A stretch of DNA of 64,000 bases, from positions 256,001-320,000 of the forward strand of contig CAWFGE010000012.1 in the NCBI GenBank assembly GCA_963815195.1, read 5' to 3'. The translations under genes were made by a program, and so were the position numbers. The stretch's first letter is position 1. Each line of letters begins with the position of its first letter. Shown here piece by piece: positions 58,023-64,000 of this stretch. The DNA is from an uncultured Planctomycetaceae bacterium (GTDB taxonomy: Bacteria > Planctomycetota > Planctomycetia > Planctomycetales > Planctomycetaceae). Under the pieces are notes generated by a model that saw only the letters and a list, made by a program, of their open reading frames with translations, did not search any database and had not been told where the DNA came from.

Positions 58023-59234
58023 ATGAGCTTGGGCAATGCAATTGTCGGGCAATCCGGCGGACCGACTTCGGTCATCAATGCGTCCCTGGCGGGCGTTGTC
58101 GAGACGGCCCTCAAAAGCAAAAAAATCGGCCGGGTCCTGGGGATGCGGTTCGGCATCGAAGGCGTCTTGGGCAATTATCTCTTGGACTTTGGGAATGAAT
58201 CGCCGCAAACGATCAAAGCCTTAAAGACGACGCCGAGCAGTGCGCTGGGTTCGAGCCGGCTGAAACTCAAGGAAGAGCATTTCGAGCCGATCGTGAAGCA
58301 ACTGAAGAAATACGACATCCGCCATTTCTTCATGATCGGCGGCAACGACACGATGGACACCATTCATCGCATCGTCGAGCATGCGGGCGCGGCCGGCTAT
58401 GAATTAATCGGCGTGGGGATTTGCAAAACGGTGGACAACGACCTCGCCGGCACCGACCACACGCCGGGTTATCCGTCCGCCGCCCGCTATGTTGCCTTGA
58501 GCGTGCAGCAGGCGGGACTCTTGGCCCGCGACATGCAGCGGGTCGATCAGTTTGTGATCTTTCAAACCGTCGGCCGAAGCGCCGGTTGGCTGCCCGCGGC
58601 GGCGGCTTGCGCAAAGCGTTCGTCCGCGGACGCTCCGCATCTCATTTTGCTGCCGGAACGGCCTTTCCAGCGGGACAAGTTTCTGGAAGCGGTCGCGACG
58701 GCGCATAAAAAGTACGGGTTTGTATCAATTGTCACCGGCGAGGGGGTGACGAATCCCGACGGCTCCCCCGTGAGTGCTTCCCAAACCCGCGACAAGTTCG
58801 ATAACATCGAGTTCGGCGCGATGGGCGGAACGAGTGCCGCGATGGTGTTGCATCAGATCATCAGCCGGGAGTTCGGCTGGCGGGGCGAGTTTCAGGTGAC
58901 GGAGTCCCTCGGAATGTGTGCCGCCGACCGCGCGGTGAAGTTGGACATCGACGAAGCCTTCGGCTGCGGCAAAGAGGCGGTGAAGCTCGCCGAGAAAGGC
59001 GAAAACGGCGTGATGGTCACGATCCAGCGAACCTCCAAACCGACTGAACCCTACCGGGCCGAGTTCGGCACGATCCCACTCGCCGCGGTCGCGGGCACCG
59101 AACGCCCGATGCCGGACAATTACATCAGCAAAGACGGAATGTTCGTGACCAAAGCCTTTTTGAATTACGCCCAACCGCTCGTGGGCGAGTTGCCGGAGTA
59201 TGCGAACCTCACCATCAAACGGGCGAAACCGTAA
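58023..59234 (+). CDS. pfp: Phosphofructokinase, PPi-dependent signature
   Basis: GQSGGPT, IGGNDT (Asp) and KTVDND (Lys) are the PPi signature; DHTPG; VGR in place of MGR. Confidence 0.85.
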   Translation: MSLGNAIVGQSGGPTSVINASLAGVVETALKSKKIGRVLGMRFGIEGVLGNYLLDFGNESPQTIKALKTTPSSALGSSRLKLKEEHFEPIVKQLKKYDIRHFFMIGGNDTMDTIHRIVEHAGAAGYELIGVGICKTVDNDLAGTDHTPGYPSAARYVALSVQQAGLLARDMQRVDQFVIFQTVGRSAGWLPAAAACAKRSSADAPHLILLPERPFQRDKFLEAVATAHKKYGFVSIVTGEGVTNPDGSPVSASQTRDKFDNIEFGAMGGTSAAMVLHQIISREFGWRGEFQVTESLGMCAADRAVKLDIDEAFGCGKEAVKLAEKGENGVMVTIQRTSKPTEPYRAEFGTIPLAAVAGTERPMPDNYISKDGMFVTKAFLNYAQPLVGELPEYANLTIKRAKP

Positions 59235-59264
59235 ACCTTCGTGTGACTTTGAGGGAGGTGCGAA

Positions 59265-59612
59265 ATGCCTGCATTTGTCGAACGGCGCAAACCGATTTCT
59301 AAAACGGCGATAATGCTTTCTGTTATGTTTTGGATCGGTTTTGTTGTTGCCATCGTTTCCAGAGGAGCCCCCACTTGGCAGAATCATGGGCCTGATGCGG
59401 GGCCAGGTTTCGTTCGCAGAGCATCGGAACCACAACTGTACTATTGGATGACGGGGTTCTATTTGTTTGTGGCGTTGCTTTCTTCGGTTTTTGCGTTCTT
59501 TAGGTTTCCTGGGGTTACGATTCTGCACATTCGCTTGTTGTTTTTGTTGGCATTCTTACTCTTGCTCGCTCCCATGCTTTACTTCATGATTATTGGGGCA
59601 TCAGGTCCATAG
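59265..59612 (+). CDS. Hypothetical membrane protein
   Basis: GGGAGG RBS; 3 hydrophobic segments; AT-richer than the flanks. Confidence 0.6.
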   Translation: MPAFVERRKPISKTAIMLSVMFWIGFVVAIVSRGAPTWQNHGPDAGPGFVRRASEPQLYYWMTGFYLFVALLSSVFAFFRFPGVTILHIRLLFLLAFLLLLAPMLYFMIIGASGP

Positions 59613-59641
59613 GGCTTGATGCTTTGAACGACTCGGATGGA

Positions 59642-59650
59642 TGGTATAAT
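59642..59650 (+). promoter_or_regulatory. Extended -10 promoter, probably leaderless
   Basis: TG-G-TATAAT with ATG 6 nt downstream (59657). Confidence 0.55.
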
Positions 59651-59656
59651 ACCGTT

Positions 59657-60016
59657 ATGATTCCCAAGCTCTCTGCCGAACAACGTCAGGCCCTGGATGA
59701 AGGCGAGGGTCGGCCGATCATTGTGATCGATGCCGACCGCGGGCAGCGGTTTTTGCTGATACCGGAAACCCACGATCAGGCCCGCGGGCTCGTGGAGAAT
59801 TCCACTGGGGACGAAACTTGGACCGAAGAAAAGGAAACGCGACGCCGCGAGCTGATTGATAAAGACATCGCGGGCACGCTGAAGGCCGACGAACGAACGG
59901 AACTCGCCGTCCTGGATTGGCAAGGGAACACCCATTACGACAAGATCGCCCCCCGCCCGTTGGAGGGGATTCGCCAACTCCACCAGCAGCTTTTGGACAA
60001 ACGTGATCAGCCGTGA
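59657..60016 (+). CDS. Small antitoxin-like hypothetical protein
   Basis: MIPKLSAEQRQAL..; WT.EK..RRRELIDK; overlaps the HNH gene start. Confidence 0.7.
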   Translation: MIPKLSAEQRQALDEGEGRPIIVIDADRGQRFLLIPETHDQARGLVENSTGDETWTEEKETRRRELIDKDIAGTLKADERTELAVLDWQGNTHYDKIAPRPLEGIRQLHQQLLDKRDQP

Positions 60017-60614
60017 ATCCGCTCCGTTCACTTATCCTCGTCAAACCATCGCCAGGCGGCATGGTCCCGAAGGTTACGTCGATTACAAGTCGTATCGCCC
60101 TTGGCTCCGCGATGAGTTTAGTTTTCGCTGCGCCTATTGTTTGATGCGCGAACGGTGGGGCCGCGTGACGGGGCAATTTGATTTGGATCATTTTGTGCCA
60201 CAAGTTCAATCGCCGGATGAGCCGCCGGTTTATGAGAATCTCGTTTATGCTTGCCACTCCTGCAATTTGCGAAAGCGAGATTTGAATCTGCCTGAAGTTT
60301 TCATCACCGCCGAAGATGTCCGGGTCTATGAGAATGGTCAGATGGTTGGATTGACTCCCGAAGCGGATCGGATCATTCGATTGCTTTACTTGAATACTCC
60401 GCAAACGATCGAATGGCGACGGCTTTGGATTCGGTCGGTTCAATTGGCGGCGGAGTTCGATCAGGATCTGTATGACCAATTGATGGGGTATCCGGACGAT
60501 CTTCCAAACCTCGCGCGGCTTAATCCTCCTGGAAATCATAAGCCCGCAGGGATCGCGGTGAGCCACTTTGCTCGTCAAAAGCGAGGGGAATTGCCTGCAA
60601 CCTACCTCACTTGA
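60003..60614 (+). CDS. HNH endonuclease
   Basis: RCAYC, LDHFVP, YENLVYACHSCN..K. Confidence 0.88.
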   Translation: MISRESAPFTYPRQTIARRHGPEGYVDYKSYRPWLRDEFSFRCAYCLMRERWGRVTGQFDLDHFVPQVQSPDEPPVYENLVYACHSCNLRKRDLNLPEVFITAEDVRVYENGQMVGLTPEADRIIRLLYLNTPQTIEWRRLWIRSVQLAAEFDQDLYDQLMGYPDDLPNLARLNPPGNHKPAGIAVSHFARQKRGELPATYLT

Positions 60615-60677
60615 TGGCTCGCGATGTAACTTAGTCTCCCAGCTCATGGAGCTTCCTCGAAGTCAGTCAAAGCGATA

Positions 60678-61721
60678 ATGGGAAACACGACGATGCATTT
60701 GATGCGAGAAAAGTACAGCAAGTTCGGTTTAGTGCGAGATATGCTCTCGACGCCGGAGATCATTGCGGGATTTGACGCCGATCAAGCCAAGGACACCGCC
60801 GCCGAGATTGCAGCGGTCGGGCGGTTGTTGTTGACGGGCGAAGGATCGAGCCGGATTTTCCCAGCGAAGTGCGCAATCGCCCACGCTCAGAAAATGAGCT
60901 GGCCGTTGGCCCTGTTCACCGAAGCGGGCCAGCAGGCTTGGGAATATAATCTGTCGCAAACCGCTGTGTTCGCGGCGTCCAATTCGGGCAAGACGGCCGA
61001 GGTCATCGGGCTGTTTGAACGCCTGAAAGAAAAAAACCATCCGCACACTTACAGCCTGACCGCCTTTGAGGACACCCGGCTCGAAGCCCTCGCGAAAACA
61101 GGCTACGTCCTCACCTGCGGCGAGGAAGGCGCGGTGGCGGCGACGAAAAGCGTAATCGAGCAGGCCTTGTTTTATCGCAGTCTGTTGGAACACGCCGCGA
61201 AAGCCCCAGCCCTCAAGGCGAACCTGTCGGACTTGTCCGAGGCGTTCGATCAGGCTTTGCAGCTTTCGGTCGATGACGAGTTGGTCGAAGCCGCGGCCAA
61301 GGCTCGCACGATTTATTGGGCGGGGCGGAACAACGGCGTCGCGGAGGAACTCACGCTCAAGACCAACGAGATCACAAGAAAACCGGCCGACTTTTTGGAG
61401 GGCACTTATGCGGTGCATGGGATTGAGGAAGTCATGTCCGCGGAAGACGTGTTGATTTGGATCGACCCCTATCCGTCAGCAGAGAACAAATTCCACGAGG
61501 TTCTGGAAAAAGGCGTGGGCCTCAAAATCTTCGCCATCGCCGACCGCGAAACCCGCTTCCCGACGCTGGCGATTCCTGAAATGGACAGCCTCTCGCCCTT
61601 CGTACAAATGGCCGCGGGCTGGAATGTGCTGGTGGAAGTCGGATTGAGGCTGGGCATCGACATCGACAAGCCGGAGCGAGCCCGCAAAGTCGGCAATGAA
61701 TACGCTCCTGCCGGCCAATGA
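60678..61721 (+). CDS. Double-SIS sugar-phosphate isomerase/deaminase (GlmS-C/AgaS-like)
   Basis: LTGEGSS, SNSGKTAE, E.AVAATKS, E..LK..E, HG, KVGNE. Confidence 0.85.
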   Translation: MGNTTMHLMREKYSKFGLVRDMLSTPEIIAGFDADQAKDTAAEIAAVGRLLLTGEGSSRIFPAKCAIAHAQKMSWPLALFTEAGQQAWEYNLSQTAVFAASNSGKTAEVIGLFERLKEKNHPHTYSLTAFEDTRLEALAKTGYVLTCGEEGAVAATKSVIEQALFYRSLLEHAAKAPALKANLSDLSEAFDQALQLSVDDELVEAAAKARTIYWAGRNNGVAEELTLKTNEITRKPADFLEGTYAVHGIEEVMSAEDVLIWIDPYPSAENKFHEVLEKGVGLKIFAIADRETRFPTLAIPEMDSLSPFVQMAAGWNVLVEVGLRLGIDIDKPERARKVGNEYAPAGQ

Positions 61722-61818
61722 ACAACCAACGACTGAGAGCAAATTGGGTGGCGTGGCGAACGCGAAGACCACGCCCTTCGCTGCGCTCAGGGGCGTGCCA
61801 CCCGTGCCGGGGCGATGA

Positions 61819-62232
61819 TTACTCGGAATAGTCGTTCCGCAATTTCGGATCCGCCGAGAAATACTCGACGAACTCCCATTCGTTATCGTCGTCATCGTGG
61901 AAGTAAATCCGTTTGCGGTGGGGGTGGGGGTCGACTTGCATCCCTTCTTTGTATCCGGCGTTCTTAAGAGCCTGCGCCACGGCGTCCGCATCCTCCACGA
62001 CAAAACCGATGTGATTGACTCCCAACTCCTCGTAAGCGCGATGGGGAGCCGCTTCGTCCGGGATGACTGAGACGGCAATATAGGTCTCCGCGTTTCCCAC
62101 ATGCGCCCATTCGCGACCGTTCGAAAATCCCCGGTGTCTGACAGAAAACTCCGGGATGGCCGTGGTCAGAAAGCGAATGGCCTCATCCAAATCGCGCACG
62201 GTTAAGTTGGCATGTTCCAGATAGACGGACAC
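61819..62232 (-). CDS. VOC/glyoxalase family protein
   Basis: LEHANLTV, NHIGFVV, YFHD...EWEFVEY. Confidence 0.88.
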   Translation of the reverse strand: MSVYLEHANLTVRDLDEAIRFLTTAIPEFSVRHRGFSNGREWAHVGNAETYIAVSVIPDEAAPHRAYEELGVNHIGFVVEDADAVAQALKNAGYKEGMQVDPHPHRKRIYFHDDDDNEWEFVEYFSADPKLRNDYSE

Positions 62233-62256
62233 GACGCAAATCCCCTTGTCGAAGAC

Positions 62257-63060
62257 TCACAAACCCAAAACGTCAGCCATGGTATACAGCCCGGGCCCTT
62301 GGGTGAAGAGGTATTTCGCGGCGGCGAGGGCACCGTAGGCGTAGCTGTCGCGAGTGTGGCCGCGGACGTCGATGTCGATCGTCTCGCCGATCAATCCGAA
62401 CACGATCGTGTGCTCGCCGACGTTGTCGCCCGTGCGGAGGGCGTGGTAGCCGATCTCGGTCGGCTTGCGGGCACCGGGCCGACCGTGCCGGCCGTGCACG
62501 TGTTCGGTCTGGCCCATTTCCTCGGCGATGATCTCGCCGAATTTGAGGGCCGTCCCGCTGGGGGCGTCTTCCTTAAAGCGGTGATGGCGTTCGATGATCT
62601 CCACGTCCACGCCGCTTTCGACGTGTTTCAAAACCCGCGCGGCTTCGCGGACGAGTTTCATCGTCAGATTGACCGCCAGGCTCATGTTCGGGGCCACGAT
62701 CACCGGGGCGGTTTGAGAGGCGGTCATCACCGTTTCGCGTTGCTCGTGGGTCAATCCCGTGGTGGCGGCGACCAGGGCGATTTCCCGCTGGCCGCAGACC
62801 TCGGCGATTTTGGCGAGTCCCGCCGGCGTGGAAAAATCGATGATCACATCCACGTGGTCGCCCAACTCCTCCGCGATGGCGAGGCCGATGTTCCCGATGC
62901 CCGCAACTTCGCCGGCGTCCCGCCCCAAAGCCGGGCTGTTTGCCGATTCAAGAGCGGCCGCGAGGGACAATTGCGGATCCGCATGCACCAGGGCCGCGAT
63001 GCGCTGCCCCATCCGCCCCGCCGCCCCGTTGACGCCCACCCGTATCGCTACCGATGACAT
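62257..63060 (-). CDS. dapB: 4-hydroxy-tetrahydrodipicolinate reductase
   Basis: GAAGRMG, IDFS.P, ATTG, APNMS, ERHHRFKEDAPSGTA, GEH. Confidence 0.96.
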   Translation of the reverse strand: MSSVAIRVGVNGAAGRMGQRIAALVHADPQLSLAAALESANSPALGRDAGEVAGIGNIGLAIAEELGDHVDVIIDFSTPAGLAKIAEVCGQREIALVAATTGLTHEQRETVMTASQTAPVIVAPNMSLAVNLTMKLVREAARVLKHVESGVDVEIIERHHRFKEDAPSGTALKFGEIIAEEMGQTEHVHGRHGRPGARKPTEIGYHALRTGDNVGEHTIVFGLIGETIDIDVRGHTRDSYAYGALAAAKYLFTQGPGLYTMADVLGL

Positions 63061-63122
63061 GAAAGTTTATCCTTGGTCCATTGTGTTTTTCATTCGCGCG
63101 TGTTGACAATGCGTTCAAGAAA

Positions 63123-63518
63123 TCATGGGGCTGACGCCCCACGCTCGCCCTTTTCCTCTGCATCACGATGCACGGTGTCCGGAGAGAACGCGGGGAGACA
63201 GACGGCGATATACTCCGCTCCCTCCGGTTCGGGCGAACTGTACCGAACCCATTCCCCCGCGTGGGCGATCACCGCCTGGCCTGCTTTCACATCCATCGTA
63301 CCGGCGGCGTGCTCGACTCTCAACAGCCCCTGGAGGACCACGGTGTATTCATCGAACGCCGGCCGCTGCCCCGGCTCCGACCAACCGGCCGGGCTTTGCA
63401 TGTGGGCGATGCTCAGCGCGGCTGTTCCGGAATTCACCCGGCCGATATATTCCCGAATGATCTTGGGCGGCTGCCCCGCGGCTTCGACCTGCTTCGGCTC
63501 GACAATGTGCGTGGGCAT
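63123..63518 (-). CDS. Cupin domain protein
   Basis: IREYIGRVNS, WSEPGQRPAFDEY, GEWVRYS, C.PAFSP. Confidence 0.85.
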   Translation of the reverse strand: MPTHIVEPKQVEAAGQPPKIIREYIGRVNSGTAALSIAHMQSPAGWSEPGQRPAFDEYTVVLQGLLRVEHAAGTMDVKAGQAVIAHAGEWVRYSSPEPEGAEYIAVCLPAFSPDTVHRDAEEKGERGASAP

Positions 63519-63560
63519 GATGTTCCTTCCGGGACAAATGAGGGTGTGCAATTCAATTTG

Positions 63561-63625
63561 TTTGGGACATTCGGATTTTGGGTTTTTGGATTTGTTTCGT
63601 ATTTCGACATTCGGATTTCGGATTT
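63561..63625. repeat. Degenerate 7-mer tandem repeat (TTCGGAT-like)
   Basis: tttgggacattcggattttgggtttttggattt...ttcgacattcggatttcggattt. Confidence 0.55.
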
Positions 63626-63637
63626 GCCCGCGCCGGC

Positions 63638-64000
63638 CTATCGCGGGATTTGCTTGAGCAGCCGCGTGGCCCGGCCTTTCCAGCGGGAGTGTTTGCGGGC
63701 GATGGCTTGCGGGCTGCCGTTGAGGTCGAACAGCAAACCCTGCAGATGGGTCCGGGCGGCGTCGGGGTTGCCTCGATCCAGTTCGAGCGTGGCGAGAAGA
63801 TAGAGCGCTTCCGGATGCCGCCAGCGGCTGACGTGCTGGTCGAGATGGTCCGCGGCGAGATCGATTTCCCCCAGTTCCGAGAGCACCCGCCCGTAAGCGA
63901 GCGACATGTCGCCGAACTTGTACTTGGGGTCGATCGCCAGCCCTTTTTCCAGATGCGCGGGCGGGGGCGAACTCTTGGGCATCGATCCGCGCGATCCCCG
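63638..64000 (-). CDS. TPR protein, C-terminal part (continues beyond the window)
   Basis: LEKGLAIDPKY..G...LAYGRVL, PEALYLLA helical repeats. Confidence 0.7.
   Translation of the reverse strand, partial: RGSRGSMPKSSPPPAHLEKGLAIDPKYKFGDMSLAYGRVLSELGEIDLAADHLDQHVSRWRHPEALYLLATLELDRGNPDAARTHLQGLLFDLNGSPQAIARKHSRWKGRATRLLKQIPR

Noticed and set aside
1..64000. tRNA, rRNA, CRISPR arrays, prophage genes
   Set aside because: None recognised by eye; a covariance-model scan would be needed to exclude small RNAs

Overview
GC-rich bacterial DNA, most likely from a planctomycete. Supporting signs are a DUF1559 prepilin-like gene with its partner, a Zn-finger Ser/Thr kinase, and an ExbBD locus with prenyltransferase repeats. 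About 50 genes are visible, with no rRNA, tRNA or CRISPR array. At least 10 otherwise intact genes carry 1-nt frameshifts, which points to uncorrected long-read assembly errors. Layout: (1) 1-9 kb is an accessory/conflict region with an integrase-type IS apparently nested in an IS1380 transposase, an orphan EndoU toxin tip plus immunity gene, an aspartic-protease pair, a dual AAA+/HerA ATPase and a kinase. (2) 9-24 kb holds signalling and metabolic genes, including a hybrid histidine kinase translationally coupled to a receiver-domain/glutamate-dehydrogenase fusion (best candidate for an undescribed system) and an HDOD-GGDEF protein with MshEN-like repeats. (3) 24-38 kb has a sugar-acid-type catabolic cluster, a P3A H+-ATPase behind a sigma54 site, and a GNAT-nitrilase. 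(4) 38-46 kb has the DUF1559 pair, an ArsR/SRPBCC/YdeI-CDGSH operon, an orphan CheR and coxMS-like genes. (5) 46-55 kb is a TPR-ExbB-ExbD operon with a TonB-like propeller/alpha-barrel protein. (6) 55-64 kb has a PPi-PFK/SIS sugar locus interrupted by an HNH module, plus dapB. REP-like palindromes occupy many intergenic spaces. All family calls come from motif recognition by eye; no database searches were run.
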